A stretch of DNA of 64,000 bases from Blastocladiella emersonii ATCC 22665 (lineage: Eukaryota; Fungi; Blastocladiomycota). Numbering within the stretch: position 1 is the first letter of the stretch; the number at the start of each line of letters is the position of its first letter. The notes below the pieces were generated by a model. That model was not told where the DNA came from. It did no database searches and saw only the letters and a list, made by a program, of their open reading frames with translations. Positions 35,500-48,993 of this stretch are shown piece by piece. Position numbers and translations under genes: made by a program. The stretch is taken from contig JANHCV010000008.1 of the NCBI GenBank assembly GCA_025594325.1, positions 496,001 through 560,000 of the forward strand. The letters run 5' to 3'.

Positions 35500-38400
35500 C
35501 GCCGCCGCCAACACGACCACGACAACGACTTGGGCTTGGACTCGAGCGTGCGGGCGCGTAGCTCGAGAATGAGAGTCGTTGGTTCGTGTCACGCGCTCCG
35601 AGCCCGATCATGTCGCGCGCGGGTCATGAGCCATAGTCGATGCCCTCCGCGGCCATGGCCACGGCGCGAGGCCACGGACACGTGCTGATGGGCTGGACGA
35701 TAGCGAATGCGAAGCGTGGCGAGGCATCGAGGTTGCCAAAGCAGCAGATGAGCGACAATGAGGACGATGATCCAGACACGCCCAAGGAGGAGGAAGAGCG
35801 ATGGTGGCGATACGATAGATGTGCAGCCTTTGTTGAGCGTGCAGCGCCTACTCGGAGGAACAAAGTTCGCGCGCGTCAGTCCGCCGTATTCGCAGCAACC
35901 ACTACACGCGGAAGAGATGGCGCTTACCGTCACGGAAACAAGTCGTTGTCTTCGTGAAGCACCGCTGGTCGCGGTGGCGGCAGCGTCAAAGATGGAGGCG
36001 AGCACGGGCGCGCGGAGGAAGTAGGACTCGAGGACGGTCAAGTCGGCTACACGGCGGATGCAGTTGCGCGGCTTGGTCAGTCAGTATGAGCCGCCGTGCG
36101 GATGGTCTCGTCTCGTCTCGGCCACGCGTACCGATATCACCGAGTTGCTGTGTGACTCGCCCGCGGCCGCGGTTCTCCTTGAGGCTGACGTCGTGTCTTG
36201 GTCGACGCGTACATGACTCGGAGCGGTGGTGGAGATGCAGCCGAGGCCGTCCGTGTACGTGTACGCGTACGAGGCGAGCAGCTGCAGCCGCGGACAAGCG
36301 AGCAACGGCGTGGTAGCTGAGTGTTGGTCGACAAGTTGATGCCGTAGGTAGGTCGCCGTCGCGTGGATCGTGATGAGCTTGCACTCGATCCCGCCGTTCA
36401 TCTTGATCGTGTAGTTCGTGGCCGTCGCCGCTGCTGCACGAAGCCGAGGTTGCTGGCAGCGACGAGTTGCAGACCTTGGCCTCGCGGCCGAGATGCGTGC
36501 CCGAGTGCATGCCGTAGGTGTTGGAGTAGTTGTGGCCGTCATCGTCGCGCGCCAACGGAGCCCCGGCCGTGCTCCGATCGGGAGATTCCAGCCCTCTAGA
36601 CTCGAGCGACGCGTCATTTCCCCGTGATGACGCGGTGGCAGCAGAGGATTTGGAGCGTACCTCCGTAGCAGTGCCACCGCCCACTGGCGCAGCGGCAGCG
36701 GACGCGAACACGGCAATGTTGGCGGGGCGCGATGAGTTTGACCTGGATCGACTTGACGCGCTGGCCGAGGCGGGACTCAACGCGGACGCACGCGATGGTC
36801 ATGGACATGGCGGCAGCGTAAGCGTTCGCGAGCGTGTGGTAAGATTGTTGGGCGAAATCGATTAAGGCACACACGATGAGTTTCTAGAGTAGCGCGACGA
36901 GCGAGCGAGTAAGTCGTGAGTGATGGGCCGTGTTCATACGGGTGAGAGATCCGGCGCGATACGTCCCAGGTTGACAATAATGACCTACGACCTCGCCGCC
37001 GACTTGAGCTGGTTCGCGTAGCGCCGCGTCGTGTCGCGGCGGCCGCAGTTGCAGTTCTTGAGCGAATTCGAGCAACTTAGCTTCTTGACGAAGGCAAAGC
37101 TGAGTAAGTTGAGCTTCGACCACGACGCAAACGCGATCCCCAGCGGAGTCATGAGGCGGTGGTCGTCGTGCTGCTTACGGTCCTAGTATCGAGCTACGCG
37201 TCATGATTCTGCGGACGGCGGCGGGCCCTTTCGCGTACCAGATGATGGCACCTGCTCGCTCGCCATGGACTTGGCGCGCGCGTGTGCTCGGGGACGGATG
37301 ACGATGGTAAGCGTAGACCACTGCTGCTTGCTGGACGACTCGCAGTCGAGCCATGACGGTCGTCTCCCATGACCCCGCGCGCTGGAATGAGATGAACGAG
37401 TCCTCGAGCGAGTGACAAGCTTCTTGATGAGCACGAGCTGGCCCACGCCCGATCCAGCCGCCCTTGAACGCGCGCGAGTCGGTTCTTGGTCGTCGTATGT
37501 CGACGTGGTGCTTCAGTGCTTCGATTGCGAGGCACGTCGAGGATCTGGTGAACAGTGGCAGCAAGATGTGAGTGATCGTCGGTGAGGTTCCGTTGAGGCA
37601 AGAACAACACGTCCCGTGCCATCCAATGTGCGTCCCCGTATTGGACTTTTGACGCAGGGGTCGAGTGTCAGGCCGTGCGCTGATCGTGATTGTGACCGTG
37701 CGCGTGGTCGACCTCACGCGTCGGAGCAGCGCGTCGCAGTAGTCGAGCGACTCTGGCGGGGACCTTGAACTTGTACACGCACGGGTTGTTGCACAACGTC
37801 TACTACACGGTTGGTCGCCGTGAGTGAGCGACGGATGCAAGAGCTGCCAGGATGAGACCATGGACACGTACCACCGCCATGCTTGAGGAAAATGCTGGGA
37901 GGAAGCGAGGTCGCTGCGAGAAGTGGCCGAGAACGGGGAGAGGTTCATGGTCGCAGAACTATCGCCGTCAGCACGACCGAAAGGAAACGAGCATGAGGTC
38001 GATACTACATGGAGGAGCCAGCCAAGGTCAGTGCGAGTAAAGTGACGGATCTCGGAAGCAGACGTACCAACCAAAATTGAGCCGATCCTACTGCTGGGAC
38101 GCAGCCCATGTCGAGCTTGACCTGCATCTCGGCACACGACTTACTTGGCGAGCTTGAAGAGGTGTCCGGAGCGGGCGAGCGTGTGTTTGAAAACTTGCTC
38201 GCGCGACGCGATCTGAACGGGGAGCGAGACGCGACGCAATGAGTATACGGTGAGAAGGAAGCGATCGACGACACGTGCCGTGGTAGTTGATGATGTACCG
38301 TATGCGAGGCCGGCGAGCTCAGCCGCACGTAGTGGCCGCTCAACCGGCCCGGCCGAGGATCTCCTTGACGTAGTCGCCGTTACCTTGACAGACGTGTGTC

Positions 38401-38825
38401 GCGTCAGTAGACGTCTCGCGGCGTGTTCTGGCCGTACCGGATGTAGAGATCCCGAGCATAGCCGAGAACGCGACGTGCGAGACCTTGAAACCGTGCGGCG
38501 ACGCCCGGTTGACATACACGAGCGGACGCGCGCGTTAGCGTTGCCGGCGAGCGACGCGTGCGACAGTGTGCGTACCGGCGCGGACTGAGCCAGTGGTACT
38601 GCACGCGCGTGAGGCGCCCAGTGCCGCGACGGCCATGATGCTGACCCGCGCGGCTCGCATGAGCGACAAGCGGTCGCGCTACACGGAACCCGGGACCGCG
38701 TCGTGTCGCGGGGTTCGGCCGCGCGCATCGGCATGCGTGTACCTGAGCGGAGACCGCGAGCACGTCCAGTAGATGTGGGTGGTGCTGGAGAAGCGCGCGT
38801 GCGGACGAGTCGGGGTTGATGGCAT
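35500..38825 (-). pseudogene. Heavily decayed DUF4470-family-like relic 2 (boundaries approximate)
   Basis: Begins CTTGCAATG at 38825, like the intact copies. Fragments HTVA, QPGVAARF, YGDAHWM and IKMNGGIECKLITIH occur in the same order as HTLA, RPEQIARS, LGDAVSVM and LRLNGSVARGVIALVYFH. Assignment is by eye. Confidence 0.45.
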
Positions 38826-39949
38826 TGCAAGGAGTCGATGGGTGTATCAAGGGAGCGTTTTTCGACGCGCCGCGCGGACGCGTTTCTGGAGGCTGGCACA
38901 GACAGCACGCGTCTTCAGCGGTTGCGAGACAATTTCGCGCACGCACCTGACACGCGTGACGGCGAAATCTCGCGACTCTCACCTCGCGTCAACCCGTCAA
39001 CAAGTCCAAGAGGTTTCACAAAGTCTCTCACTTGAGCCCATTCCAAGCACTGGCGCCGCCGTAGACCCATCGCGCTGTGCCACGGAGTGTGGTGGCGAGC
39101 GCGTTGCGCCACAGCTGCGCGGGGCGCGTGCCATGGCGTCACTGCAAAGTCGGCGCACTCCCGCGCTCGCTCACGGCGGAGGCCGCTTCTCCCCCCCATC
39201 CCTCCCCTCGTCGGCGCGTTCACAGGCGTCTTGCGACATCATGGACCGCACCACCCTGCGCGACTGCCCGCAACGGCACTCCCGCAGCTGTCCCAAGCGC
39301 CCGTCGCGCTGGACGCGTTCGGGCCCCGCTTGGCCGACTGAGGCGGCCACGGAGTGCTCGATCGGCACCGTTGAGTGTGCCATACGTTGTCTCCACCGCG
39401 CTGAGACAGTGACGCGAGGCGATCCGGCTGCGGACTTGTTCCGCCACGGCCGACGCGCTCGACCGTCGCCGCTCCCCGCGCCCGCACTGCAGACATGAAC
39501 GCGCATCCTCACATCTCATCCACTTCATGGCTCCCATGAACGATCTTGGACGGCGGCGAGATGCGCGTCATGGATTCCCGTCCCCCGTGGCCTGCCGCGA
39601 GCGGCCCCGCTTCGACGGTTCCACCGCGTCGCCAGTAGTCCTGACGAGGGCCGTCGTCCATGTTGCTGCATGCGATCGAGGCGAAGAGCGTGGACTGGCG
39701 AGCGCGTGCCGATGCCCAAGGACGTGCTTCGATGCACCGAGCACGCCGTTGCCCGCTTCCGCGACGCGTCGCGTCTCCGTCCGTCGCCTTACGCGATCGT
39801 CGTTCTTCTATGCCTTCGCGGGTCTCTCTTGAACCGCGATCGAGAGTTGCTGGACGGTACCCTTCATGACGTGCGGTGTCGGTGGGCCCAGCGTCGCCAT
39901 GAACGCCGCGTCGAGTCGACCGACCGTGCTCTCCCCCTGCGCCGCTCTG

Positions 39950-40116
39950 CCGCGAACGCATCGCATGGAAACCAACCGCCACTTGCTGCATTTTATCTCT
40001 CGGGCGCCCTTGACGTCCTGGTCGCCGTCGCGAGCGAGGATCTGGTGTGCGCGCTGCGCCGGGACTTGACGAGGCGCGTCGCGCGCGCGCATCGCCCTGC
40101 GCTTCGGTACCACTGA
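39950..40116 (+). pseudogene. Remnant of an accessory-gene 5' end (leader motif only)
   Basis: GAACGCATCGCATGGAAACCAACCGCCACTTGCTGCATT matches the starts of copies 14 and 16 (NASHGNQPPLAA vs NDSHENLSPLAA). No downstream family domains are recognisable. Confidence 0.5.
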
Positions 40117-40529
40117 CCGCATCGAGCTACTTATCGTCGGCGAATGCGGCGTCGGCATGCCCGCGGACTCGATCTTGAGCGAGGGCTGCTCGGGCTGTGG
40201 GAACACGGGCAAGTGGACCCCGCTGTGCGCGCTGCCGCCGCTGGAGACAACGGTCTCCACGCCAAGGCGGACGCTGCGCCAAATTCGGCCATTTCGTCGC
40301 TCTTTTATCTCGTAACCGTCGATCGCCAGCAGGCGCATGGCTGTCGTCTGGGCGCTGGCTCCGCTGCGGCCACCTCCATCCTTGAACCCCGCCGCGACTA
40401 ACTCGACGAGCAAATCGAGTACACGCTCCCCGGGCTCAACGTTGAAGCGGCCCGCCGAGTGGGTTGCGCGCATCGTGTTCAGCGTTTTCCCATCGAACCA
40501 TTTCTTGGCGCATGCGCGCGTGGCGCCAC

Positions 40530-40865
40530 CCTGCGAACGCAGGAGCAACGCGTGCTTGAGCTTGCCCTTGAGGCTCGCGAACCGCCGCGTCCATGGCCGT
40601 CGCGTCCTTTTGCGGCACCGGCTTGGTCGGCAGGAACCGTTTGATATCGCGGATCTTGCGGTCAAGCAACGCCGCGAGGCAGTACTCGAGATACTCGCCG
40701 ATTGCGCCGCCAATCGCACCGAGCCCCTTGATCACCGGAATCTGCACCTCGCACGCACGGCTGTACCCGTTTGCGGCCTTCTCGACGAGCTTGCGCATTC
40801 GCTGCACCGCCGCACGCGTCACGGCCGACCCCGACTTGGGCGGGAGCGGCGAGGCGTGCGCGTAG
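40530..40865 (-). pseudogene. Isolated 3' fragment of a DUF4470-family gene
   Basis: RAAVQRMRKLVEKAANGYSRACE...GEYLEYC...SLKGKLKHALLL matches the C-termini of the genes at 41088 and 50860. It contains an internal frameshift. Confidence 0.8.
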
Positions 40866-41087
40866 CTTTGCTAGCGCATGAAGCGGACGATTGCGATCAG
40901 GATTGGTCACGCAGTGACGCAGTGGCGCAGTGGCGCAGTGGCGCAGGTGGCGCAACGCGACTTCGACCCCGACTCACGCTCGCTTCCCTCTCCGCGTCAA
41001 GATGCACAAAAACGCTATCACAATGTATGAAACTCGTTTGGAGATAAAAAAAAAGACCCGATTATGCACGATGCAAAACGCAGGCGC

Positions 41088-44000
41088 TCAACCCTTTGAC
41101 TGGAAGTGTTCAACGAACGTTGAGAACATTGGCAAGAAAAGCGCACGCTTGAGCTCGCTCTTCATGACTGGAAACGAAGCGACCGTAGCCTCGGCGATGA
41201 CACTGTGCTCCGCCCTCTCAAATTGGCCAATGTCAGGAAGCGAGTGATCAACCGTTGCTGCGTGGCAGTAGCGAAAGTACTCGTCAAACGTGTCGCTGTG
41301 CGCATCCAGCTTCTCGATGCAGGGAATTATCATCCCGCACTTGGCAGAGTACAACTCCTCGGCCGCATCAACGAGCTTGCGCAGCTTCTGCACAGCGAGG
41401 CGTGCGGCGGGCGACTCGGACTTGAGCGGAAGCGGCGGCACAAACACGTAGCTGATGTCAACGGCAGCTGTGATACCGGATGCCTTGCCCTGGGGCGGAA
41501 TCACGGCAGCTTGATGGAAGTATACAAGAGCAATGACACCTCGAGCCACGCTCCCATTGAGCCTGAGAACGCACAGCCCGCTGAACCTGGACGCGAAGTG
41601 GAACATTTCCAAAATGAGGAGCTTGAGCGCCACGGCGTGCCACCCACCCGCCTGGTCCGGTGGCGGTGGTCCAGTGAGACTCTTAAAGCCCCCCTTGGTG
41701 GCAATAGGACACTCCGCGAGCGTAAAGGAACTACCGATATGGCCGTAGGCAACGGAGAAACTGAATTTCGAGACGGGCGGAAAGCCTACGCGCTCAATCA
41801 AGGGTGCAAAGCGAGGAATCGGCGGGCCAAGCCCGAGCATCGGCACTACGGCGTACGATGCTTTGCGGACAGCAACGCGCACGGTGCTGGCCTTGGCATC
41901 AATCTTGACGTTGGTCGCGTAGCCCAGGTACGGCATCTGGCAAGTCCACACTTTATTGTCTATGAGCAACGCGACAGCGCCACGGAACTGAGCAAGGTCG
42001 CGGTCTGGCACCAGTTTCACTGAAGATTTACTGCGACGACGGGGGAGCTGAAGCATGAGCTCAACACAAGCGTCGCTCAAGTCGGAAAAGCTAATTACAG
42101 CGAGGCTCATCGATGGCGAGTGCGAAATGACACGGGACGAGGCCGCTGCAGAAGCAGCCGCGCCGGCCGCAGCTAGTGCGAAATCCATGATCCCTCGAAC
42201 TGCGCTCTGCACAACGTCGGTGCCAACTCGAGTGACAACGATCGAGTCGGTGTCGATGCAGTCCCAAACCACATCCTCGCTGATTAAAGCCCATTCAGCC
42301 GTGGAATCAACGGTTCTGCGTCGATCAAGAGCAGGGCAAGCCCAAAGCGAGAAGGTCGCGCGCGGGGTTGCCGTGACGTCGCGCTCTGCGGCGTACCACA
42401 TTGCATCGACGGTGCCTCCAAGCTCGTCATACGAGTGTTGGATCGCGTGAAACGATAGATGAAGCGGACCGTCAGTGCGACGACGCAGATGACCGAGGTC
42501 GAGTGGATGTTGGGAAGCAGCGTGAACTTGGCGCGGACCAGAACGATGGGCTCGTCAACGCATCCATCGAAGTCAAAGGCAAATCCGTAGGCCCGAGCGT
42601 AAATGCAGCGCTCAGCGTTCGAACTCCCAATGAACCCAATCTGCGCCAAGTCACGCTCAAACAGATCCGTCCCATCGCACGGCCAAACGAGCGAGGAATA
42701 CGGAGCCGTTCCACTCCATACGAGTCGCTTCGCCGCGAAGGCGTACGCGAGGAGCTTCACAGGAAAGGCGGGGGCGACGAAAGAACCGCCTACAACGACG
42801 AATAAGTGTTAGTCAAGTTTGAACGAATTTCGAGCCGTTAAATGTTGACAGACCTTGCGAGTAGTGGTCGGCATCGTTCATCTGATCAAGCGTCCCAACA
42901 AAGCGAACGATCAACCGCCACATGTAGTCGGACCCCGTACCCAACAGAGCAATGGGCACATCGGGAGCATTGACCTTGCAAAATGTGCTCGGGGAGTACG
43001 GCATCGTCGCACGCGACTCAACGACATTGAGAGATAAGGGTCGGACTTGGGCAAGCCAGTGCTCGCTAGCAAGTGGGCGATGCTCCCAGAGCGCGACCCC
43101 GAAGAGAACGGGCAGAGCCGCGGCGGGGAGATTGTATCGGGTCATGAACGCCTCAGCAATTGTCTCGGCCATATCAGTTGCTGAGTTGGTCGCGCAAAGG
43201 CTCAGAAGCGACCGATCGCCCGCCGCAAGGTTGTTGTACTCGAGAAGCACGGACCCGTGAAGGAGCAGGTTCAAGTCACCGCAGCGGTCGGCGAGTGTGG
43301 AAGTGTCGACCACGTCGAATCGCTGCTCTGGATCCGCGGCAAGCTGCTCCATGACCAAGACGGCATCGCCAAGAACGAAAGTGAGGCGGTGCTGAGAAGC
43401 AATGCCTGCATCAGGATAGGGCTTGAACGTATCCGAGAGAGCCTGCAACCACTCGGACACTTGGCGTAACATCGATTGCTCGATTGACTCGCGCGTCACG
43501 TCAACAAAGAACCCGGTTGAAGCCGGCGCGAGGACGCTGACCTCACGCGACTCGGCGCCAAAAAATGTCAAGTTGGGGACCCGTTCCAACGACGTGCATC
43601 GAAAGTAATTGCTGGATTCGACCAGGCGCTCCACGCGACAAAGCGTACGGGCTTTCGTACCCGAGCCAACCTTGTTGGCCGAGTCGAAGAAAACGGCCGA
43701 GGTCGCCCGCTGCACCAGGGCCTCACGCACGCTGCGCCGGCAGTACTCGCAGTCGCTGTTGATACATTCCAAGTGGGGCTCCTCGACGCAAGTGATTCGG
43801 CGATGCTTGAGCGCAGGGGAGTCGAGCATACGGTCGCGTGCAGCCACTTGGTCAGCCAAGGAGGGAAGTGACTCGCTCCGGTCGAGCCAGCGCTTCCAGC
43901 ACCCACGGACCGCGTGGAGAGTCGCATCATCGAGCACACGGATCGAGGACGTGGGAGAGAGCCAGTCGGAGGCGATGCACTTTCGCAGCTGGTCAACACA

Positions 44001-44396
44001 CGTCAAGTGCACACAAGACTCGAGCTGCTCCGAAAACCACACCTGGCCCATCCCCAAGAAGAGGGACTCACGGTGCGGCGTTGGGGCAAATAGGAGCGCA
44101 TGCAAGATAAGAAGCGAGCGGGCAATCGGCTCTGGGCGCAAGTCGTTGAGCGCGAACGACATGGCGGCGTCCGAGCCCTTGCGCTTCGCCTCGATCAGCG
44201 TGTGCGCGACCGAGCGCAAGTCATGGAAGCCGCAGAGTAAGGCGTCAAGCTTGCGGCCGGGAATGCTCTCGTTGTGGTAGAGGAAGACGTCGGCGGCGCA
44301 CGAGTCGCGGTACGGATCGAAGGGGTCGGCCGGGTCGGCGAGCAGGACCGACGCGCTCGTCTGCGTAGGCATGAATTCGAGCTCTGATGATTCCAT
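41088..44396 (-). pseudogene. DUF4470-domain gene A (two exons, one frameshift)
   Basis: Motifs LLCGFHDLRSVAHTL..FALNDLRPEPIARSLLIL and FDVVDTSTLADRCGDLNLL. Intron 42790-42853 (GTCTGT..GACTAAC..TAG). A 1-nt frameshift at ~42470 relative to gene B could be an assembly error. Confidence 0.75.
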
Positions 44397-44600
44397 TGCA
44401 GCAAGTCAGTTCATTCGATTGGCATGGATTGGTGAGTTCCGGGAGAGAAGGGGAGCGGCGAAGTGGAGGCAAGGCGACCGCGGAAACCGGTGGCGGTCCG
44501 GGATCAGGCGCGAAATGAGTGTCGCGTGCCCAGTTCGCTCTCTGACTCGCACACTCCCATGAAGTAATCGAATGGAGCGCCCTTGTAACTTGCTGCAATA
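44397..44600. promoter_or_regulatory. Putative bidirectional promoter bounded by inverted copies of the shared leader motif
   Basis: The minus strand reads CCATGCCAATCGAATGAACTGACTTGCTGCAATG into gene A. The plus strand reads CCATGAAGTAATCGAATGGAGCGCCCTTGTAACTTGCTGCAATAATG into copy 10. Confidence 0.6.
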
Positions 44601-45931
44601 ATGGTTTATGACGATGGGGACCTGCGAGGCGAACTCGGCGAGCCCAGTGAGTACAGCTTGATTCAGCGCTGCGGCGCCCGGCTCAAACACATTCGGCTCG
44701 GCTTGCTCCACCGATTGTCCGGCACGTCGTGGGCGAGATCTCGCGCGTACTCGGACTCTGTCTCCACGTTCAATGGACGCGAACACCGCTCCACGCTTCC
44801 CGCGCGATCGCGCGGGCGCTCAAGATCACAATCCTGCTCACGTTCGAGGCCTCGCTGCGATTCGAGTACCGGCTCCCCGACACGTGGCCGAATCTTGGCT
44901 CAGCCCGTCTCTAGCGCGCAAACCTCGCCCGAGTCCAAACTCAAGCCCGAAAAACTCAATCGTACGCCTGTCAAATCGACGTCAGTCGAGTTCGCCAAGG
45001 TTGATCTGGAGTCCAAATCGGGGCGGGAGGAAATGCGCCGTTACCTCGACTCTCTCGAGAAACGCCTCGAGCCAGGCAATCTCGCGCGCGCCATTCTCGC
45101 TTACCGACGTGACCTGCCGCCACGCATCTACCACGCCTTCGCTGCTTTCCTCGACTGTGGCATGCCCGATGTCGCCGCTCGTACTGCGGTCCTCCATGCG
45201 CTTGATCCCGCCAGCCGCTCGCGTACGTTGAACGAATGGGTCGATCTCGCGCGCCGCAAAGACGAGTCGCTGGACAAGTTTGCGATCCGTTTTGAGCAAT
45301 GTATCATTGGGCTTGGTCCCTTGAATCTCGTGCGCACACGGCTTGATCTGCGCATTGCGTTTGTCGAGAAGGCGTTTGCCGAATTAGAAGACGAAGGGAC
45401 GATGTCCCAGATGCGGAAACTGGTTGTGCGGCCACGGTCGCTCAGTGACTTGCTGACGGCGGTGACTCAAGCTGTTACCGAGCTACCTTATGAGCAACGT
45501 GTTTGCTTGGCCGTGTCCCTCGCTGAGCAAGGAAGTAATGTCGCACCTGCATCGTCTTCTCCTGCTTCGCGACCAACACATTCGATCCCTGATCCCACAT
45601 GCGCCTTCTGTCGGCCGCTCGTCCAGCTGGAGAACCACGCGGTGAAGCCACACCTCTTCTCCGCGTGCAAGCGGTCCGCGATACAAACCTGATTGTGGGC
45701 GCCATCCATCAAGGGCTCCGCATTGCGCAGGTTCGCACAGCTTTCACCAAAGTGAGGCGAGCCTCGCACGCCACGATCGTGGACCAGTTTCACTCGGTCC
45801 TCAGCAAACTCCGCGCCGCGTCACCGTCCAACTACGCGGTCCCGCTTGCAGTGGGGTACCTCGAATCGTGCCTGCTGCTTGACTCGGAGCGGCTCGAGCA
45901 AATCTGGACCATCTTGTGTGGAATCGTCTGA
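44601..45931 (+). pseudogene. RS/Gag-like family copy 10 (short RS tract; one frameshift after the knuckle)
   Basis: 1-nt loss at ~45673 (CGG|TC for CGG GTC), after which the tail continues in ORF 45599..45931. The leader peptide carries two in-frame TAA codons upstream of ATG 44601. Confidence 0.75.
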
Positions 45932-46303
45932 GGATGGAATACTTAAAACAAACTTTTTTGTTGCCAAGCTTGATGTTCGTGTTCTCTTCTAATGTGTCTT
46001 CTCTTTCTCGATCGCGTTGTTGGTCTCGGCCGCTGCTGCGCTCGCAGAGGACCCTCCTTTCGATCACGTTCCCAACGGTAGAGTTCCCCGCACTCAAGTG
46101 CAGCTGGCCTGTTCGCTCGATTGAGGAGCCACAAGCCTGGATTTCCTGCTCGCTTTTCCAACGCAAGATTAGGTATTTACGGGGAGACCTGTGAGTGGGG
46201 CGAAAACCAGCGCGCCAAACATGGGCACGTGAGGGCGCCACCCTCCCGTTTTCAAGCCGAAACGACGTCGCGCGGACTCCGCGCTCCCCAAACCGGACCA
46301 GCC

Positions 46304-48664
46304 ATGAAGCATAAAGAGACTCCCATGAATCAAGACTTGATGCATTCCGCCCGTGAGGCCGACCCGATGCCCTGTCTGAGCCTGTGTGACTTACCATCGG
46401 GTTTGCTTGTTGCCGTGTTGCAGCTCGCGCAGCCCCGCGACGGCGTGCCGGCTGCGTCTCGTGAGCTGGAGAGCGCGGCGGCAGATCCAACCTTGCAACG
46501 TTTATGGACCTATTTGCGTATGACGCCGTGGCTCAAGAGCGCACTCGATCAGTTTGCTGTTTCCGAGGACGAGGAGCCTCCTCGGACTGACCTCGTTGGT
46601 TATCTCGAACGCTCCAAGTCAAATGCGCCGCATTACCCCAATGACCGCCTCTTTCGCGCAGCTTCAGCGCTCTTTCTCCATCGTATGCAGCCTCAGCTGG
46701 CGAACATGGACCAACTTAACGCTCTTGTCACATCACACGTGTGTGACGACGATTACTCGTCCAACGACTATGCCAGCGACGGTGGCTCTGACAGCGCTTC
46801 CGACGACGTTGATGACACCGCCGCCTCGGTTGACTGGTTCCTTGACGCTCTTGAAAATGGGTCGTGTCGTCCGCCGTATAATCACGACGGTATCGTGTCT
46901 CGACGTTCCTGTCTACTCGCAAGTGTGCCTCTTGGTTGCCGCACTTGTGAGCGGCAATGCTTCAGCGACCCCCGAAATGCTCCGGGATACACTCGCGCAG
47001 GCCCCTGCGCTGCTCGCGGTTACCCGCGGCGACTGGCTCTCTGAGCACTGCCCGTCCACTGGTTTCTCCAAGGCCCTCATCAAATAGTTTATGGAGCCAA
47101 TCAGTCTTCTCTCGTACCTCACGATTTTCGCCATCTATATCTGGAACCCCAAGTTCCTCAACGGGCTCACCGAGCTTGATGTCACGGTCGACGTGACCGC
47201 CCTCCGCCGTGGATTCACGGAACTTCTGCCTGGCTTCCCGCCATACAACCCAAAGGTGATGGCTGCCGCTGACGTCACCCGCCCACTCAACTGGCTGCTC
47301 GGCTTGCCCAAAGTTGTTGACAGCATGATCGAGGCGAGCTACCCTTACACTCCTCTCAGCTCGCCATTGAAGCTCGCCCATGCGCTTGCGCTCGCCATAT
47401 CTCCTGATCGGATGTTTGCCGGTATTGGGCCAAAACAGCGCGCCGATCTCGTACTCATGGCGCGCCGGAATCGCGACGCACCGGATATCCTCGCGGTGCT
47501 CAGCAGTAGCAATAGTCTCGAGCTCGAGACCCTTGCGCATCTCTTGCCCCGCGCCATCACCGAGTGGGGTGCCCGCAGCCTCGGCGGGTTCAAGAATCAG
47601 ATGGTCGAGCTGGCGGGTGCGCAGCTCTCTAATGTTGTCGCCCGTGGCACGTTCGTTGTTTCCTGTGGACGAATTGCTGAGCTGACTCTGTTTCTCTCGT
47701 AGCCTTCTAACTCACTCTCACGGCTTCCAATTTCTCGCAAGGCATGCCGCTTGCCAAACCACGCGACTTTCTCAAATTTGTGCTTGAGGACCTGCCCGAC
47801 CAGCGCCCCTCGCTCTTCACGAAGTCTGCTGAATGCATCACCACGGGTCGCGATCCGAGCTCCAGAACACATGAAGGCGCGCCGCTCGATCCACGGAATA
47901 GCTTCATAGCCGTTTTCGGCGACACGAGCCGTGATCCCCTCAAAATCACGCTGCTATGCGACCTCTCTGCTCTCACCATCTTACACACGCCCGTTGCCGC
48001 GTGCAGCGTTTACATCTCCATTTGCTGGCTGGTCGTCGCCTGGCTTCAGAACCCTGTGATGTGTTCCTACACGCTTCGCCAGCTCGAAGCGTCTCCGTTT
48101 CTCGCACCAATTCTTCTTGCGATAATGGTTGAGGCGCAGCTTCATGACGGACTTCCGGTTCACGCGAACTTTATCGTTGGGGCTGATGGCGCGCAGTCGT
48201 GTGACCAGTGTCCGCTTTGGAGCCAGCGGCCTTGGTTCGCAACCGTGTCCGACCTTCCCACTTTGGGCAGCGGACGTTCGCAGCGCCCCGACTTTGGCAA
48301 GGCGACGCTTCGCAAACGGATCATCGAGCCGGACTTCCTCCGTTCGCATCACAAGGACGAAGTCCACTCCGAAAAACTCAGCCAGATCCCCGTAGTGTGC
48401 TCCTCGCATGTCGTGGCGCGCCCTCAGCACGAGCTCGTCCGCGCGTTCGTTCTAACCGATCTCGGCTCAGTCCTTGACATGCTCGAGGGCAGCAGCACCT
48501 TGATCACGGATGACTTCTGGCGCCTTGTCCCCGACGGCGCGCTGGACCTGGTCCGCGATCGTGCTTGGGTCCAGCGGGCCATCGCCGAGTGCAAGCACGC
48601 GTCCCGCACAGTCTGCATCGAGCAGCTCAAGCGCGTTGCTCCAATTGGGTCGGCGTCGGAGTGA
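46304..48664 (+). pseudogene. Paralog of the F-box-like gene at 22028-24356 (disrupted)
   Basis: Colinear homology with the intact copy. Frameshift at ~46880, TAG at 47085-47087, the homologous intron 47647-47702 with a GC donor, and TAA at 47708-47710 where the paralog reads AFH. Confidence 0.8.
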
Positions 48665-48993
48665 AATGGAATGATGCCGCGGGGATGCGCCTTGTATATT
48701 TTGATAATTGACTCGCTCGTTTGCTTGCCTCGAAACATGTCGAGCTTCTGCCTGGACTAAGAAAGTGCGGGCGGCAATCGCGTAAGCTTGCATACGTAGA
48801 TCTAAAATGCATGCTGAGATACCAAATTGAGGCTGGGTCGACCTGAATACCTAGGGTGAGGCCGCGTTCGCGTTAGCTGCGAGACGCGTCGATCAATCAT
48901 GTGATGTGACGTGGTAGCGGCGTCGCTTCGCTGAGTGCAGCAACTCGTCGCAGACGAGCCGCTCTGCTGCGAACGGTTCAGAATACCCTTTCA

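Noticed and set aside
32450-38900. KDZ/CxC-type or other DNA transposon relic
   Set aside because: No terminal inverted repeats or catalytic motifs are seen, and the fragments match the neighbouring DUF4470 genes better.
11518-47710. Reassigned stop codon (non-standard genetic code) explaining the in-frame stops
   Set aside because: TGA, TAG and TAA all occur internally, align to different amino acids, and all also terminate intact genes.
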